The position numbers and the translations under genes are program-made. Positions 51,892 to 64,000 of a DNA stretch of 64,000 nucleotides are shown in pieces; positions within the stretch are counted from its first letter, which is position 1; every line of letters begins with the position of its first letter. Source of the stretch: Lingula anatina (Eukaryota; Animalia; Brachiopoda); assembly GCA_051362555.1 (NCBI GenBank), contig CM120642.1, positions 8,618,001 through 8,682,000 on the forward strand, given 5' to 3'. A model generated the notes under the pieces. That model had not been told where the DNA came from. It did no database searches and saw only the letters and a list, made by a program, of their open reading frames with translations.

Positions 51892-54800
51892 TCACGTTAT
51901 AGATAAATGACCCTGGTGTGTTTTGTAAGCCATTCTGTCCGTTGGGGAGTGCACATAGGGGATGTCCAGTCTGTTACTGTGTATAGAGCTCCTGTTCTGA
52001 TAGATCTTCATCACTGTCACACAGTCGTCTTCACTTGCCCCTAGTTGAAATACTGGTCTTAGCACAGCAGACTCACTTTTGGGAATCTCGCGAATATTAA
52101 ATACTGAAAACATCTCATCAAGGTTTTGTCTCGAGTCTTTCTTTGTGACTTGAAGTCCCAAGTCTTCCTTGGATGCTAATGAAAGCTGTGAGGCTTGTGA
52201 AGAAATGTGTGTGCATGATGTGCTTTTGTTCAATGAGGGCTCTTTGGCTTCTTTTGTTGCTGTAATATTACCTGCAAATGAAAAAAGAATACATCACACA
52301 AGGTAACATTTGCTGCATTAATCGGAAACATTTTTAAAATGATATTCAAGAAAAATATCCATGGCCAATACTAAAAAAAATCCAAGTGTTGCATTTTGCC
52401 TAGCTACGTATCCAAAGAGTGTTCTTGGTAGTTCTTTATGATTGAAAGATTGTCAAGAGGGAACTTCTTACTTGTGACCAAGTCTAAAGCTTCCAAGGTA
52501 AGAAGGCGGTCCAAGTTATGCTTGGCATCGGCATTCCCTGCATTAGCAGCTTGTTCATACAGCTCAATGGCAGACTTATTACTCACTGGCAGACCTGAGT
52601 ATAAGGAAAATTCAACATAATTTTTTTATTTAAAAAATAAATGATATCCATAAGGACATTTCCAAAATACAAACAAAACACCAACAAGTACTTAATAACA
52701 AGTAATTTTTGCAATAAAATAAAATAATTTTTAGTTCTACAAAAAAAAAGTTCACAATAAAATTACCTACCTCCTCTCCCACTTTCAAAGTAAACCCCCA
52801 GGTTGTACTGTGCTCCATCATGGCCGCTTTTGGCAGCCTTCCTGTATAATTCAGCCGCCTTGCACTCATTCTGTTCCACACCCCAACCCTGTTCATAGCA
52901 TACACCCAGGCAAAACTGGCCATCTGGATCCTAGGGAAGAGTAAGCAGGAAATTAGTTAATTATTCAAAGTTAAAAAAAAAAAAAAAAAAAAAAAAACAC
53001 TCGTTAACCTTAACCAGTATTATAAAGTGATGGGTCCGTCTTCACCCCTTTTTTCTCATAATTATAAATTAATTAATCAACTTATTTTGTAATGTAATTA
53101 TTAACGTTTTTCTTGCCCATTAAAAATTTGAATATCTATTTCCTACCTTTTGCTTTGCAGCTAACTCAAACAAACTAGCTGCTCTTTTCAGGTCCTTGTT
53201 TTCCTCTTCTGTGTAAAATGCACCCAATTCTGTCTGGGCCTGTAATAGAAAACACTATGATTTTACGGTGTTGCTAAAAATTGTTATGCTGGCCTTGCTG
53301 AAAATCCTCACTGACATCAGATTATATAAATTTTCAGACTAATTACTCAGATGCAATTATAACACTTGCAATAAATCATTTCAAATACAACCCTCTCCCA
53401 GAAAAATGAAAATTAAATAAAAATACATCCATAAATAGGATACCTAATTTTTATTGTTGTTGTTGCACTCAAATCTTTCGATAACAAAAGGCAAATTCAT
53501 ACATGAAAATGGGAAATAAAGAAGTCGCCCAAGTTTGAACTTTAAGACTGTTAAGACTTATGATATTTGCAAACCAACCTGTGAAATTCCATGTTCTGCA
53601 GCTTTCTCCAACAAAGACAGAGCTTTATTGGTGTTCTGCTCCACGCCATGTCCCTCTAAGTATAAAACAGCCAAGTTATACGCTGCCTTGGCATGACCAC
53701 CAGATGCCGCCACTTGGTAGTGGTTAAAAGCCTGGAAGTTACAATTAAAATAATTACAAGGTCTTTATCTTTAAGTATTCAGAGGCCTTCCATAGGAAAT
53801 TTACTTTTTTGTTACCCTGTACCTAAATACTAAGAAATTTGAAATACTGTACAGAATCAATAACCCCTCCCTGCCTCTGCCTAATCTTGGTTTAAATCAA
53901 TTTCAAAATTCAAACTGCCACTTTCCCAAAATAGGATGCTTACTTTTTCAATCGATTTTTCCACCCCTTTCCCATGCTCGTAACACACTCCCAAATTGAA
54001 GTGTGCGCTGGCATACTCAGCTTCCTGTGCTGCTGTCTGCCAGTGCTTTGTAGCTTCCTCCAGGTTTCCTTCAGAAGCATGCTTCAATGCCAAGATGTTC
54101 TCCTCCACTGAGCTATATGTCCTGGATAAACCCTGGAACTCTGCCCAGGCTTCCTCAAGAGATACAGGCTCCGAGTTCGTCTGTCAGTGATAAAGGTAAA
54201 GAAATATTATTTGAAAGTTTAAGTACATGAACTAATCTGCCTGCCTTGTATATATGTCGACCGAGTATGAATTTACACAAAGGAGACCAAAACAGCATTA
54301 CACAATAAGAAAACAGAAAATAAAATAAAATATCTATTTTTATAAGGCAACACTGAAGTTAATTTAAGGGAAATATCATTGGAAAATGACAAAATTAATA
54401 TTTTTTAAATCTTTACAATTATGGCAATGTAAGGATTCAAAGTCCCATAAACCATGTCTACTCTCATTAGCCACACTGAAATAGATTAATTTACCTGTGA
54501 CTGGTCACTGTCAGCTTGGAAAGGAGCATGTTTGCTTGTGGATGAATCTACAAAGTCAAAATCTTCTGTCAAATCCTTGAATTTCTTGTCAAAAGAGCTG
54601 TAAAACTGTGCAAAATCCACAAATTCTTTGTCCAAACTGCTGGACTGAGTCACTTCTTCGTCTCCTGAACTGCAGGAAGAGGATAAATCTTTGAACTCCC
54701 GGAACTCCTTACATGCCTCGGTGAGATACCCAGGTTCTGAGAGGACCTGCTAGGAAAAAAATTCAGGTATTTCAGGATTTTTTTATCATTCAAGAATAAC

Positions 54801-56513
54801 AACAATTCCATGGTGGGGTGATATGTATTATTTGGTGACTCACACAACTTCAGATAAGATATATTATCATGAACAGGTGCAAATAAATATAACAAATGAA
54901 AACCCCTGCAGTATCAGATTTTCTAGTTAGTTTATCACCTACGCAAAAAATTTCCAGAACACTTCATAAATCAAATATAATAAAAGAAAAACCTCAATAG
55001 TTTATTTATCATATATTTTAACAAAAATATATCGTACACTGAAAGAAAATGCACTGCAAAAACAGTAAATCATACCTGCCGATCCTTTTCAGACTTCACA
55101 CCCGAGACGCCAGCTACATTTTTTCTGGCCACCATGTATGCAATGCCCTGTGGCACAGTATTGGCCATCTGATGCCAGGGGCATTTCTTGGTCTTTCTGC
55201 CATGTTGAACTTCTTGGCTTCTACATGCTTTGGAAATGTGGAAACCTAGGGCTAATATTGCACCCTGGATAAAAAAAGGGAAAAATTACTGACTGCATTT
55301 ATTATGATACCTGAAACAGAGTTGTGATTTCAAGCAAATAAGGTACTGATCTTTAAAATGAAAGTGCATTTTCAGGGTATGCACAAGTAAGCACTGAAAA
55401 AAAATTACAAAAATTACAATTTTATATAAAAAATAATTTTATGTTTACTCTCAGCACTAATACACTTACTTACACCTATTTAAATATAAAAGCCAATTAC
55501 AGTTGCAAAGTGTGTATGTGCTTACCCAACCAACCAACACATTCGGGGCTTTAGGCTGGCTGGCAATGAACTCTGTGTGACTTTGCCATCTTTGCCAGCC
55601 TCCTTCTTTCTCAGTACCTTGACCAAGGCAGTTTTCAGACCTTCAAAAATGAATAAGATAACTTATATACTTGCAAAACTTTCAATAGGCTCAGTAATAT
55701 ATACAGTATTTAATCTAACAGAGAAAATATACTAGCTTGAGTTTTATATAAAATAATAGCCACATGTTATTTTACTGTTCTATACAAAACTGAGATAATT
55801 AGAAAACTGATCCTTTAACCACAAAAAAACACAAAAGTTAATATCTAATTCCTAGTAACCTTTTCAAAATGTAAATGGAAGGTATTATCCACAACTCAGC
55901 CAGTACCTCTTATCACTAGTGCTCCGCCTTGCTTTTCTTCTAAAATATCTGTAATACTGTTTGCATGTGTGGCAGTTTCTTCTGACTTTCTGATGCCTTT
56001 GTTGTTGATTCTGCTCGGTGCTGGCAGCCCCAGTGAATGGATGCTGCAGGGGCGCAGCGCCTTGTGTTTTGCTTGCACATTCAAACTGGTTGTTTAGAAC
56101 TATAAGTACACCGAAAGCAAAAGATTTAGAATGAATATCTACAGTAACAAATAACTTCGATGGCTCTCGGATCCAACTGCAAACTTTGGATAAGGCACGA
56201 GGTAAAATTTGTGCTATTGTTGCACGCAGATCGCTGTACGGTGTTTCCATAATCGAAGAAAACTAAAGAATGACAATGCATTACTGCTGACTCAGCTCGT
56301 ACGATGTCAGTAAAATATTCCCACAGACAAAATTCCCCTTTCTGTTTTATCTTTCACGTTGAAAGGGGATTCCCTTGATTCTTCGCTGCTTGTTTTGGCA
56401 TGTTTCCCTATCACGCTATTTCATTTTATTCGTATTTTATCGGCATCAGTACTAAAAGACGGACTTAAATTTCACAACTCACCTTTACGAAAACTTTTTA
56501 GTGCTTTCCACAT
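51892..56513 (-). CDS. DELE1: DELE1-like (DAP3-binding cell death enhancer 1) Sel1/TPR-repeat protein, about 642 aa
   Basis: 11 exons on the minus strand, 1929 nt in frame: 56513-56483, 56099-55907, 55640-55526, 55264-55076, 54749-54495, 54180-53944, 53731-53579, 53239-53147, 52930-52771, 52594-52472, 52271-51892. Short basic first exon MWKALKSFRK, a hydrophobic GW|GAILALG junction, then Sel1 repeats (AHFNLGVCYEHGKGV, AAYNLAVLYLEGHGV, GQFCLGVCYEQGWGV, AQYNLGVYFESGRGGL). Orthology is inferred from architecture. Confidence 0.75.
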
Positions 56514-58713
56514 GTTGTCAAACGAAAGGTTTCACGTCTTTGATGGGAAACCGTCACATTTTGCTATCTAAGCAGAAGAGCTCGGTTACCCAAGCTCAAC
56601 CATCTCAGCTCAGTGATAAATGTAACCACGCGCTCTAAGTTTAGACAAAAGGATATCTAAAATATCATGTGTTTGGCAACTATTTTGCTCATTTCAATAA
56701 AAATAAATGTTGCTATCACTTGAACCTACTTACTTTGAGTATGTGGTGTATTTGTATTTATAATTTCTTGCTGAATATTTCGATTCATCCTGAGATAAAA
56801 GCTATTATTTACGCGCGCTATACTCCATTTATGAAATCATTTCTATTTTTAGAATGTCCTTCCTCCATCCTTTTTGACCTTGAAGGCCTGACGCAATGCA
56901 CGCATTTGCAATCCACATACAAGCCTCTTTTTCACTGTAACATTTATGGTTGGAAGCATGTTGACGATTCTTTCTAAAGAAAAGGAGGCATTGTAAGAAG
57001 CTAATTCAATCAAATCGACTTCTCTATTCAATTTTAATTAAATATCTGCACATATAAGGAAATCAATGTTCTCTTTTAACAACACAAAGTACACGTTTAA
57101 TTTCAATTTCTGTAAAAAAAAAAAAAAAAAAAAGTCCACTGAAAATAATTAAGAATGCCCATAGTCCAATACTTTTAAAAATTTTACTATTTTCTCAAAA
57201 ATATAAACAAATAAAAGAAAAGAAAAATAAATAAAATAAATAACAAACAAACCATTTACTTATAAATTTTGTTTATTTGTGCAAAGATTTCACCTCTGCT
57301 GCATAGACCTGTGGTATTTCTACAGACATCTCTGTAAAACATGATTATTGTCAATGGTAAGTACAATATATACATTGCATGAGTTATTAAAACCTTTATA
57401 TGTGTATTTTAGCTAAATAAAATATAACGATACAACCATGTGTCTTATCTAATTAATATGATCATGATCTCATCGTCACTATTTGCTGGACTTCATCTAA
57501 TCATTCCTTCAAAAAGAAAAAAGTCCATGAAAAAGAACACTTTAAGTATAATAATTGTCAATACAGTGGAGGGTCTATGATGTATTACTTGTTCCAAAGG
57601 CATCTGTCCGTGCTAACATGGTTTAAAATGCTGCTCACATGTAAAATATGGTTAAGATGGTAATTACAAAGAACGTGATGGACGCTTTTTTTATTTTTGC
57701 TATAGTTACAAAAGGAATGTTAAAAGATAAACAATAATGCCAACCTTAAGAAGGATAATTAAAAGAAGAGATCATAAGGTCACAACATTGAACTCACATC
57801 AAAATATCTTTGTTTCTGTGATTTCACATTTAACAGAATTTTTTTAATTTCTCAACTGATCTTCAGTATTTATCTTTTTATTTTTTGTTTGTTTGTTTTA
57901 CAAGTTGGGGTTTACATAAAATATTTACTTTCACAACACGTAAAAAACTTATCGATTGTATACGTGGTAAAAATAAAGTCATTATTTTCCACTTAAGGAC
58001 ATTATTTACATAAAATAACATCCATTAAAAATATACAATATTAAACACAAGCAGAAGTATCCACCTATACAGCTGGACTTGTTTTCCCCAGCAACTGCCC
58101 ACACCAACGATGCAGACAGTTTTTGGGGTTTGACTAAACTAATCTTTAAAAGTAAATTCAACTCTATATATGGCTGAATGTAATTAATAACAATAAACTT
58201 AAGGCATCAACACATAACAGGTTATCAGCACTGATTAAGTGCAAGAAAGAATAAGGCGAGGGTGAATATACAACTTGTATAAAGCTTATAAACCATCTAT
58301 CTCTTATTCATTTAAGAGCATCTCTTAAATAGGTTAATAAAAATAATACCTCCAGAAAAACAATATACAGGCACAACACAAGTATCCAGATGGTAAAAAT
58401 CTAGCAACCACCTTGCAAATGTAAATATATGTTTATGACTTGGAAACTATCATAGAAATTCCATATACAAGGCAATGATAATGTGCAAGTAAACTCTGTA
58501 AAATGACCTTTAAATTTATATATTTGGTTAAATAAAATATAACATTCCACAACCTTTGGGATAAGGTCTTGATATGAGCATTGCTTAGGATGATTTAATA
58601 CAGTGTTTCATTACTGATGAATAGAAATGACTTACACATTGTTTTGAACCAATTATAAAAAGTCTGACACAAAGGACATGATGATGATAACATGATATAC
58701 AACAAGATGTGGT

Positions 58714-61700
58714 TCATACATATTCTTCCATGTCCTTCTTAACATCTAAAGGCACCAGTTTCACTTCAGATCTACCCTCGCTGTCCGGCAAGGCCGCAAT
58801 GTCCTGAAACACACCCACTAACTTTTCAAAGCTTGGGCCCCAGTTTAACAAATAATCCCAATTAAATAGACCAGTGGGGCTTTTTGTGGGGCGTGGTAAA
58901 GTCTCGTCCTCTGAAACCAGTAGCGTACTCAGTGATCCTCTAACCGAGTCCGACCCATCATACGTGAACGTCCTTCCATTTGAATCTTGTGGGCTATCCT
59001 CATTTTCATTCTCAGCTTCGCTGAGTTTTGGAAACTGGTCAAACTCCGGCCTGTTTCTCTCATTCTCATACTCAAACTCTGAACAAGTAAAAGAATCATT
59101 ACTACTGTCATCAGAGGTGGACTCTGGGGGTTCCAGCAGTCCACTGTGCTCTAGTGTGTTTATATTATTAGGTCGCCCTCTGCCCTCTGTTGTAGAGGAC
59201 ACAGCGTCTATAGTACTGGTAGGACTGACATGTTGTCTTGCATTGAGTCTCTCTATCTCCTCCACTGTCAGTCCCATGGGGGGTCGACTGGCCACCCCAC
59301 CAGGTTGCTGCATACGGCTGTGTGGACGAGGGGGGATATTGGCTGGACTCCTGACCACCTCCCCCTGTCCACTGCTCTGGTCAGAGTCCACCCTGACTTC
59401 CTGTATGGGACTGGCCACTCGATTGCCCAGTTGCATGCCCAGTGGGCTGACACGCATGTCTCTGATTGGACTAGTTCTAGATAACTGGTTCATGGGGCTG
59501 TGGCGAGCCACCATGGGGTTGATAGGACTTTGGCGTAATAATGGATTGTTGACTGTGAGCGGACTCTGGCGTGGCATGGGCGTGCTCTGCATTTTCATTG
59601 CGTTAGGACTATCCCTAGCCTGCTGCTGCTGCTGCTGGTGCATCATCACACTGGGACTCTGCCTTGGCAAGCTCATGTTTATTTGATTCATGGGACTGTC
59701 CCTAGCAGTCCTATTAAGTATATGATTGGGACTATGTCTATGACTGTGTTTATGATATGTAGGTACATGATGATTATTTCTCTGATGGTGGGGACGTTTT
59801 CCGTCCCTGTATCTCCTATAATGTGTGATAACATCAATGTCAGAAGGAGCTATACTACTGGCATTTTCAATGTCATAATGTTCAGGAAGAGCCTCCTCCG
59901 GTATTCCAAATGCATCTCCATTTTCTATGATCACAGTATCATCATCTTGATGGTTTTGAGAAGGCACTGTGGAAGTCTGCCTCCCAAGAATGTCTGGTGG
60001 CTGCAGTCCACCGATATGATCTGAGATTTCTCTTTCCTGGAAAGACTTTGTAGCCAACTCCTCTGCTATGTGGTTACGGATTATTGTTTCCTCTGGGACT
60101 TCTCCTGTTTCCGTGTAGCCAGAATCCTGCGTCCTGTTGCTGTCATTTGCCGCTTTGTTAACTATGAATACGCTGTCCCCATTTTGTTTAGTCTGCTCGG
60201 CAGAGTTTTGCTTCTTTTGCTGCATCGTGCGTCTTGCTCGGAAAACTATGAAGGTGATCAGTAGACCAAGGATTAACACTGCCAAGAACACAATGACAAT
60301 GACGACTCCTATACTGATTGGTGAAGGTTCTGGTGTTGCTTTGACAGCGCCACATTGCTCTGAGCAATCGCCACCACTGACACAGGCATTGCAGCCAATA
60401 ACTCCTGTTGAGCAGCCATTGCTGGTATTGCCTGATACTTGGACATCAAATCTCTCTGTGGCTCCCTGGAATGGTTGTGCTTCCCCATTAAGGAGAAAGT
60501 CGGACAAACAGCCAGCAAAACCTGGAAATAATTAGAACAAAAAAATTTAAGTTTTTGGAATATCAATACACTTCAACTAATCTTTTAAATCCTTTCTTGG
60601 AATCTAAAAATATCACATATCATTTGACTAAATATTCATTGTGTATAGGAATACCTGAACAATATTGCGGGTAATTCAATTTTTTTTTTGTTTCTCATAC
60701 GAAAAAAAGTTGGTTCAACAATGAGTAAAATATATACTTTCACCAAAAAGCAACATACCAGGCTCACTTTTGTCTGGGAATTTTCCACCTAGTTTTAAAG
60801 CAGTAACATCAAGTCCCAGGAAATCATGAACAGCAGGGAATTCTCCGTCTACTGGTGACTCGTCATTTAACTTCAACTGGACTTTGTTTCCTAAAAACCA
60901 AGGGGTAATGTGATCAACAGTCATCATCACAGGTTCACTCTGGCATTTGTGTAGTTACCAATATTTTTCAAGGCAATTTTATAACAGTTTACAAGCATTT
61001 GTTGTAAATGGGCCAATACAAACCACTGAAAAAAACATTTGTTATGTCTACTGCAAATTTGCACCAGGTTCAACAACTCTCCTTTTGAAAATGCACTCTT
61101 TGAAAAACAATCCAAAATACCTTGTACTGAAAGAGAGATGTTGTGCCACACATTATTATCCATCTTCTTGTCAGATACAGTGACTTTCTCATTTGTTCCT
61201 CCCTCCTGGAACTGATACACGAGCTTTCCTTCCTCCACTCCAAGGAGAGTGTATCCACTGGGACTTGTGGATTGAAACAGAGGCCCATCAGCGGAGGTGC
61301 CAAATGTGACTGACATGCTGTGTGAACCTGTTCCAACAGCCCTCTTTCTTCTTTTGGTGGCAGCACTGAGCAAGGACTGCCTCCTGTAGCTTTCCTTGGG
61401 GATGAATTCCACTTTGGCATTAGGTCCAAATGTGAATGACTTCAACTCTGCAAGTAGAATGTGAATTGTTTCATCTGTCAGATAATAAATACTATTCCTG
61501 CAATTGTCCATCATCTTCAAAATTCACAAACTCTACTTGAAAATCACATATTTTTATGATAAAATTCTTTTACAAATACATAACACAAATTTTATATTTA
61601 ATAATAATAAAAAAAGACTTACCCAATTCACATCTATCTCCCATAAACCCAGATCTGCAGGTGCAAGACATTCCAAACCATTCATCTTTACATGTTCCCC

Positions 61701-64000
61701 CATTCTCACATACATTGGACGTGCATGTGCCAGTGTTTTCCCGTGGGCACGTATTTGTCACGCCGACGCTTGCACGCAGTTTCTCCTTTCCAGTTAGAAG
61801 GTTGTAACCATCCGCGACTGCAATGCGCAGGCATCCCACGAAGTCATAAGTCTGCACTTCTCTTCGCTGAAGGAGGAGGTCAAAGTCCCTAACACCACCC
61901 AGACTGAGGTTACCAGAGGCCACGTCAAGAGTCCTGAAAATAATATGTATTTTTTTTAATTACCATTCATTATATTATTAAACTGAAAAAAGAGATGGCA
62001 GATCATTTATTTATTTATTTATTATTTACTTCTTAAAACAGCACTTTCAATAATAATATAATTTGTCAACCATTTGTGAATATTTCAAATAATACAGTCT
62101 ACATCAGCCATGGCACATCAATTTCATTCCAAATTCATTACGCAAGTCTAGATAAATTTGCCTTATGTAGCATTATAACATATGCCTTATGTAGTATTAT
62201 AACATATCCAAATAACTGATCAATATTATAGCAACCTGTATTTTGGTAAGTTATTTCACTGCACAATTCTATTACTTACTGGAAGCCATCATGGGACCCT
62301 GTGGCATAACAATTGCTGTCCCCAATATTACATTGTCTGCAAACTGGGTCACACAGTTGCACTTTCAAAGTACCCGCCTGAAGAATAAGAAAAATATGTT
62401 ACATTTGTTACATGCTTATCTAAAACTTTGTTCTACATACAGCTGTAGAAATAACTATTTTTTTTCAATTTGATGAAAATGTCAACAATAGTCACGAGAA
62501 TATTAAATTTCCAGGTCAGAAGTTCCAACAAGTAGCCAGTACATAATATTCTTTCATCACACTTTGCAAAAACCTAGTTTGAGTCATAAGCTAAATAAAC
62601 ATTACAATTTCTCCTTCAACATGTATCCCATCTTACCTCTTGAATTCTGCTGACTGTGACCTTGAACCATTTCCCATTGGACACATACTGACCAACTGTC
62701 AACTTAGTACTGTCTGTCTCACCAAGGTTGAACGAGAACACAACTCTGCCAGCCACAATCTCTAGGGCCAGGAAGTCAGTGGAACCTGGGTTGTACAGCA
62801 GCAGGGCATTTTGCTGTAGTGTGGCAAACTCTAGTACAATGTTATTCTGATCTCTCTGCAGTGGTGACTGGAATTCCATGTAGGAGAGGCTGTGGAAACC
62901 TCTCCCTGTTAACTCACATCTGAAGGACCCCACAGTGTTCCTGCACTCACTTCCCGGGCATGGGTTAGACAGGCACTCGTTTACGTCATCACCACAAGTT
63001 GGGCCTGTGTATCCTGCGACACACGTGCATGTTGGTGTACCAGCAATGTCCAGGCAGGTGCCTCCATGTAAACAGACATTATTCCCACAGCTCTGACCAA
63101 TGTCCAGTTCACAATTGGTTCCAGTAAAACCAGCTGGACACTGGCAGTGGTGTGTATGCTGCACAGCTGGGGCAGTAAGGATGAAGGACAGACTGGCCAT
63201 TTGATTATAGGTGGAAAAGACAACAGGGTCATCAGAACAAACACCATTGTTTTGGCATGGGTTACTCTGACAGGGACTCACATTGATTGTGGCAATGATA
63301 ACACCACTGCCCTGTTGAATACTGTTCCTGTTGGACTGGAGAGTGCTTTCCAGAGTTGCTGCTGTTCTGTACTGCCCAGAGCTCTGCTGAATAGCCAGGA
63401 ACAAGTCAAGGTTAGGCCCTCTCTGTAGCAAGTTGTGTAGGACTATAGAATCCCCACTGGTCAAATACTGGGCCAGGGTGCTCTCAAATCTGGTTCTAAA
63501 CGTTCGCAGGAATGTCTCTTGGGTTAAGCCCTGCAGTCTGACCACCAGTGTGTTCTCTAGGGTTGTGTTGTCCACTGTCCTGAATTTGACCAAAGTGGCT
63601 GAAGTCACTCCACTGGAACGGCCATCACTTGAGCTTATGTTCAAAGTGAAATCCTTGGGGCTTTGGACCTGGTTTGCTTGAAGCTGGCAGCTGGAACCAG
63701 AGAAGCTAAACATTGACCTTTCTCCCTGCAGGATTGAGCAGGTGTAGCTTCCAGAAATATCGGGGTCAGTTGGGGTCACATCTGCCACAAGGCCTCCTGG
63801 GAAGTTTCCTTGATAGGCAAACACAGAAACGGTCAGAGGACGTGGAGTTGGAGGGTTGTCATTCAAATCATTCACCAGGACATGCAAAGTTAAAGTGGAC
63901 GTCTGCTGGGGTGAGCCCCCATCTGTGACCTTGATAAGCAGGTCAAGGTTACTGATCTGCTCGCGGTCTAGCCTTGTCGTTGTCCTGAGTGCCCCATTGC
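58714..64000 (-). CDS. FAT4: Fat/Fat4-type protocadherin, 3' part (last cadherin repeats, EGF repeats, two laminin-G domains, transmembrane helix, cytoplasmic tail); continues beyond the window
   Basis: Exons on the minus strand: >64000-62637, 62377-62280, 61933-61623, 61447-61121, 60890-60759, 60521-58714. Cadherin motifs LDRE and DLNDNPP, EGF motif CxCxxGFTGxxC, Fat4/Ft tail motifs PEHYDIENASSIAPSDID, DSFTCSEFEYE, FNWDYLLNWGP, and C-terminal EEYV. Confidence 0.93.

Noticed and set aside
55885-56250. METPY... ORF as the first exon of the DELE1-like gene
   Set aside because: A better model uses the MWKALKSFRK exon at 56513-56483 (strong GTGAGT donor) spliced to an acceptor at 56099 in the same frame.
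58874-59686. 270-aa plus-strand ORF
   Set aside because: Antisense shadow of the Fat last exon, with no independent motifs.

Overview
AT-rich, intron-rich animal (probably invertebrate) genomic DNA; the species cannot be determined from the sequence. Manual GT-AG splicing gives seven protein-coding genes: a GM2-activator/ML-domain protein (5' exon not found), an enolase-superfamily enzyme closely resembling bacterial cis-3-hydroxy-L-proline dehydratase, a cyclic-nucleotide-gated channel alpha subunit, an intronless Rab32/38-type GTPase with N-terminal transmembrane helices and no prenylation motif, a 23-exon gene fusing a SufS-like PLP cysteine desulfurase to a TtcA-type tRNA thiolase, a DELE1-like Sel1-repeat protein, and the 3' end of a Fat/Fat4 cadherin. 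Introns hold a decayed DD34E Tc1 element, a near-perfect hairpin MITE and Helentron-type non-autonomous elements. The best candidates for an undescribed system are the desulfurase-TtcA fusion and the membrane-integral Rab32-like protein lying head-to-head with it. All family assignments come from motif recognition, not database searches.
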